This document shows, piece after piece, positions 39,701 to 52,043 of a stretch of DNA of 64,000 nucleotides (positions are counted from its first letter, which is position 1; every line of letters begins with the position of its first letter). The notes below the pieces were generated by a model. It saw nothing but the letters and a program-made list of their open reading frames with translations, was not told the origin of the DNA and ran no database searches. A program made the translations under genes and the position numbers. Where the stretch lies: positions 1 through 64,000 of the forward strand of contig JAQGDQ010000069.1 of assembly GCA_030141605.1 (NCBI GenBank). Direction: 5' to 3'. The stretch comes from Tubiluchus corallicola (Eukaryota; Animalia; Priapulida).

Positions 39701-42638
39701 TTAAGTGGATAAGTAGTTAAGTAACATAACTTTGATATAATCCATCAGTAAGATTGAAATGCAGATATTACATTTTTAGTGTTTTCAACTAATGTTGTGT
39801 TCACTAGTCTTAAATGATTTAATGATGCTTAGTGCCATTTGTAAATCTGAGTAATCTGATTTTTAGCTATAATCCCTATTCTGCAGATTTCTGTACCAGC
39901 AAGCAGAGCTGTCGAACTATGCGAACGGCTTCTTTCAAATGAGGAGGTGCAGTTAGCTGGACTGGGTGCACGGGACAGTCTTCGACTGGAAGCTGGCCTC
40001 TGTCTTTACGACAACGACATTGATGAAACCACAACACCTGTGGAAGCATCTTTGCTATGGACAGTTGGTGAGTTGTGTTACATTGATTTTCAGGTGTGAA
40101 ACCTCAAAGGAAATGAGTCATTTAATTTGTATACGTGGTTTACTGAGTCGTACTAAACAAGACACTCAGTAGGCTATTTTTGTGAAATTGTTGGAAAAAA
40201 CGCTTCTCAGACATTTACATATGTGCTTGCACATTTGGCAGCTAAGCTTTTTTAGTTCACATGTCCTGAATTTTATTTCATTAGGATAATTATGATACAA
40301 AGTTCAGTGCTCTATGTTATTTCTAACCCGAGGTAATCCACGTTGAAGTTGAAGTTCATACTACGAAAAACATAATCTTGAGAAATTTGCTATTAAAGTT
40401 AGCCATTTTTTGTCGTGCTTCTACAAAACCCTATGAAGGAGTGGTTGCTATAAACTTTGCGAGAACAAATTGAAGTTACGTTTGAATCTGTAGATGGCCC
40501 TTCCAGATGAAGATCTGGGCTTGGCAACAGAAAAAACCATAAGCAAAATGACTGCTTTCACGAACCTCAATCGGAGTTTGAAAATACTAGTTTTTGACAA
40601 ATGCAATAATAATTTTTAGGCAGAGAAGCGAGTAAGGAGTTATAAAATTAAATTTTTAGTATTTTCCAAACAATTTCCTGGCATTTCTTTTGCCTAAACA
40701 AAGTCCAATATATTTAGCATTTGTTTTTGTAAAAAAAAGCAAAAAATTGTTATTTGACGCAATTTTTAATGCATTCGGCTTTGAAGCATCGTAATTTTGT
40801 TATAAGTATGCGGACTTACGGACAGTTTTGGTTTGCAAGCATGCATTATTATAAGGATGCATCAGTCCTGGTTTAGCATTTGGAATCAGTGCTTTTTTAG
40901 TGCAAAATTGAGTACAAAATAACCTCTCACCAAAATGCAGATACTGTGTTTGAACAAGCTAGAAAATAACTATAAGCTTTCACTGCTTGTATTTCCCAGA
41001 TTTTTAGTTTTGCCAGAAAATAATTGTGCCATGACTGTCTAAATTTGTTATAATTTATCATTGTCATTTTGAGGAAGTTAAGCAGCATCAGTAGCTATGC
41101 TGGAGCGACTACAGCATCCCCAGTCCTGACATGAAGAAATCAGCGTTGCTTCATGTGAACATTAAACGACCAAATCAAAAGTAAATGCTGATGGGAACAT
41201 TAAACTACCAAATCAAAAGTAAATGCTGATGGGAATATTAAACGACCAAATCAAAAGTAAATGCTGATGGGAACATTAACCCACAAAATCAAAAGTAAAT
41301 GCTGATGGGAACATTAACCCACAAAATCAAAAGTAAATGCTGATGGGAACATTAAACCACAAAATCAAAAGTAAATGCTGATGGGAACATTAAACCACAA
41401 AATCAAAAGTAAATGCTGATGGGAACATTAAACGCCCAAATCAAAAGTAAATACTGATGGGAACATTAAACCACAAAATCAAAAGTAAATGCTGATTGGA
41501 ACATTAAACCACAAAATCAAAAGTAAATGCTGATGGGAACATTAAACCACAAAGTCAAAAGTAAATGCTGATGCGAATATTAAACCACAAAATCAAAAGT
41601 AAATGCTGATGGGAATATTAAACCACCAAATCAAAAGTAAATGCTGATAGGGGAACATTAAACCACAAAGTCAAAAGTAAATGCTGATTTCAGGAAAGCG
41701 TAGAAGAGAGACTGCAGATTTTCCCGGTGCTGATGTCATTCTTGATCAAATAAAAAATCCGCCCAGTCGAAAAAGAGTTGGCTTCACATCTACCGGACCA
41801 CCTGCCAGAGGTATGTTAATAATTGTGGATAAATTTCCTTATTGCTCGTCCAGACATTAATCTTGCTAATTTATTCTTAATTTTTTTTGGAATCATATTT
41901 TTCACTAACTCACTTTACTGGCTGATATTATCAAAAAAAATTTTGTTTTTGCTAAAATTTGTCTCTTGATAATGCTAATAGGCCATGTATACATGTATTT
42001 TTAAAAATGACATTCTGTAATTGTAGCCGGACTGAGTGACAGCCAGCAGTGATGTTGCATGACAGCAGGGTGCACAGAAAGAGAATGTTACAGTCTAGAT
42101 TTTGCTTTCTGAAATATCCCAGGACAAAAATTAACCCTGCTGTTTGTTAAGAGTGGGTTTTTATGCGAGGAATGTGAAACGTGGCAGAATAAAAGGGAAT
42201 TACGAGTTTTGCTTCCTTGCTTTATAAATCAGCAATGGGATGGAAACAGTGTCGGTGGAAATTTATGTATTTCTTGAAAGGAGAAGTGCTTAGTAATGGC
42301 GGATTGACTGTGTTGTAGCATGTTGCTGTGTTGTAAAATGTATGCCTAAGCAGTTTAAACTTCAGTAACATTGGTCGTTATACTGATGATGATTTTATAC
42401 ATTTGCTCTTACAGGTGGCACTACTATACTAAGCGAAGCTGGCGATAACATCGGCATCATAACCAGCGGTTGTCCGTCTCCTTGTCTGAAATCACAGAAC
42501 ATTGCCATGGGGTACGTCGCAAAAGAGTACTCTAAGAGGGGAACTGCCGTGCAATTTGAAATCAGAAAGAAGCGTTTCCCTGCTCAAGTGACTAAAATGC
42601 CATTTGTACCACATAAATACTACACAAAAAAGAGTTAA
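33705..42638 (+). CDS. AMT: Mitochondrial aminomethyltransferase (glycine cleavage system T protein), 9 coding exons, ~403 aa
   Basis: Exons 33705-33785, 34406-34618, 35360-35426, 36580-36680, 38891-38972, 39132-39277, 39887-40067, 41694-41810, 42415-42638 (1212 nt). Arg-rich transit peptide; [100 protein letters not shown]. Confidence 0.96.
37227..37615. mobile_element. hAT-type MITE with perfect 8-bp TSD (AMT intron 4)
   Basis: TIRs taggggttcagcatt / aatgctcaccccta; TSD ttaagcat at 37219-37226 and 37616-37623; internal ttcgaa repeats. Confidence 0.85.
38075..38366 (+). repeat. Dispersed repeat shared with ~49908-50145 and partly with ~55193-55312
   Basis: tctttaataaatgtgtagtttattaaataaagtcttgatagttt...ccgattgaacctattaaccgataggcg..gtattactgctgtagaagtacgagtaacagagctt nearly identical in both copies; the 3' part matches the subterminal region of the pogo-like element at 55131. 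Confidence 0.85.
41157..41688 (+). repeat. 38-bp minisatellite, 14 copies, abutting the AMT exon 8 acceptor
   Basis: Unit gaacattaaaccacaaaatcaaaagtaaatgctgatgg; the last unit runs into gctgatttcAG|GAAAG. Confidence 0.95.
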
Positions 42639-45073
42639 CTTTTGCCTGCATTGCGGCATTACACAGTGAGTCCTGTCCATTAGCAATTCAGTCAATTCGG
42701 TCTTAGAATAAAGTGCTCAAACGTGACTGTGCTGCTGTCTATTGAAAAAAAATCATAAAGCAATGAATGAAATGGTGTTTTGATAATTTTATTGCAATTT
42801 TGCTCATTGATATTGCCTGTTAAGGCAACAATAATTACTGAATGTTTTTGACGTCTTTCTCAATTTGTTGTTGATATCATCACACGTATGCCATCACCCA
42901 TACTAGATGCCCAGATCAGCATATTACTGTATTCTTTTTTGGGCATTCGGCTTGTTTCTCAGGGTCTCTATTATAAGCAGTACTAAAGTGCAAGAACGTT
43001 TCTGATAGCACAAATTAAATGATTGTTTTACCTGTAATTTTAGAGAATGCCATTTTGCTTCTTAGTAGTCCTGAAGACAAATGTTGTCCAACAGACCATT
43101 TACATTAAATAAAGTTTGTTTGATATTCGATTTGCCATTAATTTTAGCATTTGATCTAGCATGCGTGAGTGGCTGTACATACAAAATTATACATTTGCTG
43201 TTGCTGGCATTCCTCTATCTGTTAGTTTACTTGTTATGCTGTTTGCAATTTTGGTTCATGACCGTTTGGGATACTTCATGTTGATCATATGTGTTTTGCC
43301 ACACAACTTTTGCCGCTTTTAGATTTCTAGCCACATTTTGTCATTGTTATTGTTGTTCGACATTGTTATTTTTATTTGAATCATGCCTTTAAAGATTAGA
43401 TATTGTTTTTAGTTCGTTTACCTTATTTGTTAACACGGGAATTGTTATAATAGACATTAAATGTTTTGTTCGCAATTACGCATTTTATTATATTTTGTTT
43501 TATGTTGTCTTTTAGTTGATGCATTCCAGTAATACTTATTTCTTTCTAAACATTTTATTTCATTAATATTCCAACCCTATGTTTCTTTACTCTAGTGATG
43601 GGTGCATAGGACCCGAGTGCATCGTTAAAATGCACTGTGAAAATGGTCTAGACCAGCAAAATCAATCGCTATATTCTGGTATGGCTGGAGTGCTAGCATA
43701 GCATATAAGTCAACACAGCCAGTGATAAAGTTGCTGCAGTTTTGAGCACATTGTGAACAAGTTCTTGGTTCATCACTCAGTTATGCAAAAAATTCGTATT
43801 TTGGTCTAATTTATATTACTGGGAAACAGTGAGACAATCAACTTAATTTCAGGTCTTTTTTAATTACCTTTCCAATGTTTTGCCGCTCTGGGCAGCTGAC
43901 TTTAGACTAACTGGCTCAGTGTCACAGTAATGAAAACCAGACAATTGAGATTAGACTCCATCTCATTTTAATTTACTGGGCAAAATATACAAATTGTCTT
44001 GCCTACAAAAGTTAGCAATTGTTTCTAATATTTAAATAATTACCTTGGAAAGTTAATTATCAGCTACCGAACAAGCTATTACTTACATTACAAACCATAG
44101 CCACAGTTTGTGCAATGGTAGACGCTGATGTGATGTCAGGAAAATGAGCTCTACATCACGCTGACATCACAGACAAACTGCAGTTGATGGTCTGCTTATC
44201 ATGGTACATATTTGTCGGCCACGCAAATGTGACAAAGCATCGCCATTGCCAGTTTTAGTGGCTTCGCTGAGCCGTGCGTAGCTTTGAAAGTTTAACAAAA
44301 TTTTACTGTCCGAGGTGTAATGTAATTATTATTTAATCTACGCTTTGATTTTAAAAAAGCTGTTGTAGTTTTCAATGTTTTAGAGAATACTTTATTTTGA
44401 ACTAATGTCTACACAATCGTCCGGTTTTCCTTTAAGTGTCATGGTGTTTTCTGTCTTCATTAAAAGCGATCTGAATAAATTTCTTGACCATTGACTCCAA
44501 TTTCAGCCGTACTCTGTTTCAGCATAGGATTTACCAGACATTCTATTTGATTACTTGTGAGTAATTACGTCAGAATCTACATTATGACTGAAAAGCACTG
44601 TAAATGAAGTACCATCAAAAATTCACTTTTCTAAAAGCAGATTTTTGCAAAACTAGAAGATTCCGATAACCACATAATCAAACTTCCCAAGTTTATACAA
44701 TTATGAGGTATTTCCTAGAGATAAGGCGCTAAACCATATTTAATATTTAATATTTTTCCATAAATCAAATTTCCATAAATTACTTATAAAATTATTTTTA
44801 TAACTTATAAAATAATAATAGTTTTTCCATAATTATTATAAATGAGCAAAAATTATGATAAAAAATTGCCAATCAAGGTTTCACTTTATAATGAAGCAGT
44901 ATCTCTTGAAGAAGAAGTTACTCTTTCAACGTTTTTCTTTATTGAATTTTACACTTTAATTGCTCATGTATGTAATCATATATTATATGCCCCTACTGCA
45001 TAAGTTTCTCAAATTAGCCGAACTTCTACAGTAGCGATGTTCTTTACATCGTTCGCTCATTGGCCACAGCGTT

Positions 45074-45102
45074 GTTACCATGACTACGGGTTGCTATGTT
45101 AC
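45074..45102 (+). promoter_or_regulatory. Two RFX X-box-like motifs upstream of the ciliary gene
   Basis: GTTACCATGACTAC (45074-45087) and GTTGCTATGTTAC (45090-45102) resemble GTNRCC(N0-3)RGYAAC, ~100-125 bp 5' of the CFAP276 ATG. Confidence 0.6.
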
Positions 45103-45199
45103 AAATCAGCTGTTGCAACGAATATTCTAACGTCACTGGGGGTGAGTAGCTTGCCGGTTCTTGCTCGACTGGCGTAACTGTGGCGGTGAGTTGACTGCG

Positions 45200-48100
45200 A
45201 TGTCTCTGTCAATTACCACGGCACCTGTGCGTAACCCTGAAGAAAAATGTTATACTACATCGTACAAAGACTACCAAAGCAGAGGAACGTCAGGCGAGGT
45301 ACATGTACTGTGGGCATTTCTAAAGTAATGATACACTGTCGGACGTTCGTACTTCGTATCACTAATGAAGCCTAGCAGCATATAAATATTCAGTATTGAT
45401 CACGTGAACAAATTGTCCAAGGTTGTTGAAGTTGTCATACTGAAACTGAGTTTAAATTATAGAAAAATTTAAACGGGTAAAAAGCTGATGTTGAAATTCT
45501 GCGTTACTTTTGCGCGAAGTCTACATGTCTTTAACGTGTTAAAATGTTAGTTTTATTATTAAAAAGTGATCTGCAACAAACTTTATATGATTTTACAACG
45601 AATTTGTTGGTATTTGTATTAGAAGTTTTCCCAAAAGTGAAATTAAAAGTTAAAACTTTGTCTGCAAAATAATACCTGCCATAACTTACTTCGAATCTTT
45701 TATGCTAAATTCTAAATTTAAACGTCCAGGACTCTCTTTCTCTGTCGCTCACTCTTTTCCATATTTAGCTATTTTCAGCTGAGGTTTCAACACCTGTCTT
45801 AAAAATAACGCCAATAAAAAACACAGTTGAAACAATAAGTGAGCTAGCTATATATTGAACTTTTACACAGCGTTATTTTAAACAACTGGCGTGACTTTTT
45901 TGTTTCTTGGCTTATACATTTTGTTTCAACTTTTCATCAAAATTAAGCTTTTCCTTCTTCAGGAAAAGAAGGGCATCATTCCCACCAGCTTAGCACACAC
46001 TGAAGAGCCATGGCGTCGTCTGTGTCAGGTGACCACCACGGAGTCTTCTTTACGGAAGTCGATATACGGGAGCCCGGCAGCGATAGAGATCCTTAGGTAG
46101 GAAGTATGTGAAAGTTCATGTCTTATAATTGCTATTTATGTATCATTCTTGCTGCCAGTATAGCGAAAATTTTGCCGCCATGATTGCTGCCACTCGTGTT
46201 TGTGTGGTAATAATCTCTCACGTAAGTCAGTTTTGAAAAAATTGTAGGTTTCCTTTCAATATTTTAGAGCTGATTGTTTAAAAACTCATACAACATCGTT
46301 CTGTGTGGGTTTTCAGGATGGCTGAGATAGCTTTAAGTATGTAGGCTCATAAAATATGTTAGCCTTAATTACTGCAACTTGTATTGCAAATTAAAATGAT
46401 ACGGATTAATTTTAATGGTAATTCGACGTAATTAATTCCTAGTAAGTGAAATTCCTATAAACAGGGCCGTAGTTGGCTTTTGAAAAGTGGTCCGGCCACA
46501 GATACGGAACAGGTAGAAGAAGAATACAGCAGCAACATATAGAAGAGTATATAATAATTTATAATACAGGGTTATAATATAATAGAGCACTACACATACT
46601 CAATGATGACATAATTGATTAAAAATTCCCAAACACACATCTGCGCCGCTCATTTCTAGCAGTAAACTCGTTCGCAATTTCCTTCAGGTTGAGAGCGTCT
46701 GTTCTATCCATATGTACATGCAAAGTCATGAGATTGTTCAGTCTAGTTTGAGTCATCGTACTCCGCAAAATAAGTTTTTACTCTACGCAGGGCTGAGAGT
46801 GTCTAGGCACGTATGGCAGAAAAAGTGGTCCGGCCGCCGACTACCGCCTTGATAAAGGATGTTGATGAGGGGTGCACAGTCACGTCACAGTCATGTTTTT
46901 ATTGGTCTATAGATCCCCTATTTTTACATTATCAGAATTTGACGTAGTGCAAATTTGAGAGACATTGAAATGCTTAATTTCCTGATCTGCAACCAATTCT
47001 TGGTGCACAGTTTGCATGCATGTCTGTGACAATAGTAATGTAGTCGTCATTCAGCAATACCGTCAGTGTTCAACTAATATAGCAGTAATGCACGCACTAC
47101 TCAACTTTTAATACTCAACTACTCAAGTAGTAAACATAAGACAAGTAGCTGAGATTTAACTTCACAAACTGTAAGGTAATCAAACAGCATCATGAGCAGT
47201 ATAGCATTCCAAAAAGTGTTAGCTTGATATGCAGCAGTTCCCTGTATCTCTTTCTTCAAGTTTCCTGCATATCAACATTCTAGTCAGCTTAACATACTAG
47301 CACAAGCAATAATCGCTTGAGCCATATGTTTTCTGTAAACAAACATTTCATGCAAGTAAAATGCATTCCTGTTTTTACTAGTGAAACGGTAGACAATAAC
47401 AAGTTCTTGTTTTTAGTTACGGTATTGGTGGTGCCACCTGTTAGTAGCAAAATTAAGCATTACCATGCAGCTACATTTTGAATCATTCTTTGAAATTCAA
47501 ACACCACTTGACTCTGCTTTTACTTCATTATTTTAGGCAAAGCAAGCGTGGAGAGATGTCGGCTCAAGCTACTCTTCATATTCCACCAAAACACCCACTG
47601 AAGGTTGCAGAAGTTAAGAAAAAGGAAAACATTCACAGCGTGAAGACAGCAATAGGTATGTTGGAGTTGGAGGTTCGTTTTTAAGATAATTTTTAATGGC
47701 ATAAATTTGTACAACGAACAAAAAAAGTCTCAAAAAAAGATTGGACATTTCAGTGAAAAAATAGGCACTATATATATATATATATATATAGTGCTGCCTA
47801 TTTTTTCACTGAAAATGTGTTTAGTAGTGAGTGTGCTAACGCTGCTGATTTTATTGAATTTTGCAACGTTAGCACACTCACTACTAAACACATAAAATAA
47901 TTTATGCGAAAATAACTTGAAAATTGTGATTTTGTGCAGTCAAATGTGAAGACTTGTTAAAATTCAATTGATAAAATAATGTGGTAAGAAAATTGAAAAA
48001 TACTGCCACATCAACTGAAATATAATGCAAATGATAGCTCAAGAGAGCACGCATAAACCCCATTTTAGCATCTAGCTGCAACCAGAAATGAAGTAACTGA

Positions 48101-49004
48101 TAAATGACAACGATGTCCTGGTGATTTTCTAGGTAATGATGATGGCTACGACTGCAAAAGATCATATCATTTTACAAAGCGAAAACCAGATGGTGGATTT
48201 TATGCAAGTTGATACAGCCCCAATAGTGATACAGCCCCAATAACCACCCCATTTCTATCTTTTCCTTGCATATTACTGCTTTAAAGTACAATTGCATCTA
48301 TACAAATGCACCTTTCGGAATATAGCGAATCATAATTACCGAGCCCAAGCCTTTCATCACGCCTTAATGCAACACCATTTTTAGTGTAATACAGGGTGTT
48401 TCCAAAGAAACAGTATAGTAGAAAAACGCTGATATGCATACACTGGAATGTACAATAACCAACTGATATGATTAGCAAAAGTGAATCTATGCAAATACAG
48501 TATTATTTTTACATCTCTGTAATGGCATACTGTAGAAGTTCAGGTGCACTTTGAACAAAATAATTTAATGTCATTCAAGGCATTGAACTTGATGAACTTT
48601 AGTATGTTTTTTATAACATGCAACGTTTTGAAAGTTGATGGTGCACATTTCTAGCAGTTATTTTAATATAATCTCTTACTAAATGACTTAACATTCAAGT
48701 GCACTTCATTAGTGCTTTTAGACCAACATGCCATTTTACTTCTACTGTTCCAGAACACTCAATATCTACAGTAATTTTGACCTTAATTATTTTAATTGAA
48801 CTCAGCATAGACCTATTCAAGATATGTTTGCAACCTCTCCATTCCACATCCTCATTTTCTAGAAAGCATCTACCACAACCCAAGCCACTTCCCACCTCTT
48901 TCCTAATTGTCTTTATTTTCCCATTTTTCATAGAAAGCAATCACACTGCTGCCACCAATGGAGGATATTCACGGAAACATAATGGTGGTTTTTACTGCAG
49001 TTAG
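45200..49004 (+). CDS. CFAP276: Cilia- and flagella-associated protein 276 (C1orf194)-like, 4 exons, ~140 aa
   Basis: Exons 45200-45298, 45963-46096, 47537-47655, 48934-49004 (423 nt, phases 0/2/1). PTSLAHTEEPWRRL..VTT.SSLR, KKENIHSVKTAI and ESNHTAATNGGYSRKHNGGFY match recalled C1orf194 motifs (PTHLAQQQEPWSRL; KKESIHSI; HTAATNGGYSRK.DGGFF). Confidence 0.85.
46462..46851 (-). mobile_element. Non-autonomous hAT-derived element with 5-bp TSD, copy 2 (CFAP276 intron 2)
   Basis: Near-identical to 30912-31320; TIRs cagggccgtagttggc / gccgactaccgccttg; TSD ataaa at 46457-46461 and 46852-46856. Confidence 0.88.
47746..47893. repeat. Two abutting palindromes (hairpins) in CFAP276 intron 3
   Basis: tttcagtgaaaaaataggca-(TA)n-tgcctattttttcactgaaa, then atgtgtttagtagtgagtgtgctaacg...cgttagcacactcactactaaacacat (27-bp perfect stem). 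Confidence 0.9.
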
Positions 49005-49907
49005 AGCATCAGGGTTGGTAATCACATTTTGGCACATCGTTGCCATCTTGCTCAAGTTCCTTTAATTATGCATTTCTATTGGCTAACTTAATTTTTTACG
49101 CTTTACACTTGTTTATGTAAAATGTGTGCAATACAACCAGTATTTTTGCCATTATATAATGTAACGTATTATTATATTTACAAATGTAATTTAATATATT
49201 TTACTATCTGTTGCTTTCAGTGGCAGAATATTGATTTGTTTTTATACCATTATGTTATTAAATGTGGAGATACATCTGTTAAACATGTTCTTAGCAAATT
49301 AAATTGGAATCAGTGAACATTGTGAAAATTAGTAATCCAGACTTCATTCATGTATGATGACATGTGATATAAATAAGTACTCTAACAGCAAACTTTCTAT
49401 TTTTACATATCGAATGAATGAAATATGAATTTATTAAAATTTTAAATGAGGATGTTTGATATATTTAGCATTATGATTGCAAAGAATATTTGACGAACAG
49501 TAGTAATCATTGGTTGAGAGGAATGTCTGTGAGGTCACAACGTGTGTGTTAAGCAATAGCCAAGGATAGTCAGGAATCGGTCAGTTGATGGCTGGGAAAC
49601 TGTTCCTAGGCAATTTTAGCTGTCACACAGCCCCAAGAAGTTATCAATCTCGCTGAAGAAGTATACGCATGTGTGTGTGCATGTGTGCATGCGTGCGCGC
49701 GTGTGGCGTAAAATTGGACGATTGTGCAAACATTAGTTCAGAATAAAGAATCCTCTAAAATATTAAAAATTACAATAAGATTGGCAACGGCGGCTTTTTG
49801 TCACATGGGCGTGGCAGACAAATAGAAGGGGGTACCGTGGTAACCATGATCATGAACTGCAGTGTTAGTTTCTGACGTCATATGACGTAGATCCCATTTT
49901 CGTGACA

Positions 49908-50145
49908 TCTTTAATAAATGTGTAGTTTATTAAATAAAGTCTTGATAGTTTGCTTTGCCCATCGTGGTTACCCCACACGCCACGCAATGAACAACAATAA
50001 TCAGCAAGCAGCTTTAACCACTATCATAAAAAGACTTTAATGCAACCACTATACAAATTATTTTAGTTTAACCGATTGAACCTATTAACCGATAGGCGTA
50101 GTATTACTGCTGTAGAAGTACGAGTAACAGAGCTTACTATGCACT
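49908..50145 (+). repeat. Dispersed repeat, second copy of 38075-38310
   Basis: Direct sequence similarity over ~235 bp. Confidence 0.85.
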
Positions 50146-52043
50146 ACAAAGTTTTTCATATTGCACAAAACAAGCCCATTATAGAATTAATTATAACTTT
50201 CATACATTTGTTCCTCAGATTTACATATGAGCAGAAAAGCAGTGCTAGGCTTTAACAGTATTTGGATGTGTCTGCCGGTAAAATTGTTTTTGTGCAGCTA
50301 CTTCCATCGTCGTAACCCAGCTATTTACCTAAGTGAGGATCTATATATTGTCATGATACATTTGAATAGAACAATGATACCGTCAATACCAGATAATGGA
50401 CCAAATGTCTCCTTCGTTAAGAAAGCTGGCACTAAAAACTTCCAGCTGAACAAAACAGTCGCAGATTGTTTTGGAAAGAATTCTACTAATATATTTTACA
50501 TGATGGTTGCATTTTACTTTTACTTGAATTAATTTTTTCATATAATACATATTATAATGGTACATTAACTTGAAAGAAACACCGTAAGTCATTAAAAATC
50601 CAAGACAGAACGAAAGCAGTCATAAAATTATATCACTCTTTATTAACATTTTCGGGCAGCAGTCAACCATGATTTGGGTATCTTCAGTCACAGCTTACAA
50701 TTTTTATCATCTATGTATTTTCAATTGCAGTTTACCTGTATGTAAACTTACTGCTACTTTAATATGTGCATAATTATTCTCGTTTACAAAACTTTTTAAA
50801 TGGAATGCACGGTTATTATAAAATAATAATAATACTGTAATAATAATAATATAATTATTACAGCTTATTCTTTTTTATTAGAAAAAAATTTAATTTTATG
50901 TTCATATCAGACCTTTTCAGCTTTCAATACAATGAATTATACAATATTCCAATGTCCTCTAATATAATCCGATTTAATTCGCAACAGTTTGCCATTTCAG
51001 GAAGTACACTATAAAGCAATTTTCCTTCCCTTAACTTGAACAGTCTGTTCAAAAAAGAAACACAAATACAGTACAACATCCACCAAATTAATAGTAATAA
51101 ATTGGGCATTGTGCATGTGCAAAGCTATTTAACTTGCATAAGCAACTGTACAAATGCCGTTTTTATAATAGTAATTACCAGTTATGACAGATACATAGAG
51201 TCCGAGTAGCAACAATAATTCAAACAGTACTATAACAAAAAAGTACAGGCATAACTGAATGAGATTTGTTTATGAATGAACCAAAAGCATTGAACAATAA
51301 TATTAAACAGCTAATAAATTGTGACATCCGACATAATAACTGTTCATTATTATAATCAAGTTAAGTACACTCAAATCGACATAACTTTAAACTTCACTCT
51401 TTTCCATCCTAGGCATTTCCCTTTCCAAAAATAACATTATTTTAAATTTTTAAATAGTTTTCAAACATTTTTGCATCATTTTGCACCAATAATTATTATT
51501 ATCAATCTTTTTTCAAAAGTTAATTAGCTTAATTTGCAAATAATTGGATATAAATTTTTATTATTACTTTTGACTTACAGGAATTGTTTGTCAGCGTAAC
51601 AACATAGTAATAGTGAGACCAAGTTTCTAAATAAACCTAGGATGTTTACTTAAAATAAATAAAACAAAATACAGAATGATTACTATAAACACAAAAAAGT
51701 TTTTATGTGTTTTTATAAACACAAAAACATACAAATCTGTTTTTTAAATTGTCACTTGGCCATTACCCTGCATAATAATACTAGCATTAATAAACCATAA
51801 CAGGTATCCCAGGGTGCATTTCACTAGTGCCAAAGCTACATGAAATAAAGTCATCCTTGGACTATATATGAGGATTCCATTATGCACTTTAACATTTACA
51901 CGTAAGCAAAGAAATAATGGATTTATTGTGGTACAACAATAAATTGAAAATGGTTGCAGTTAAATGGTGGTCAGCAATAAATGCTCACAAAATGCGGAAT
52001 AATAAAGAAACAATGAAATTTCGGTTCTTGAAACTTGATTTGT

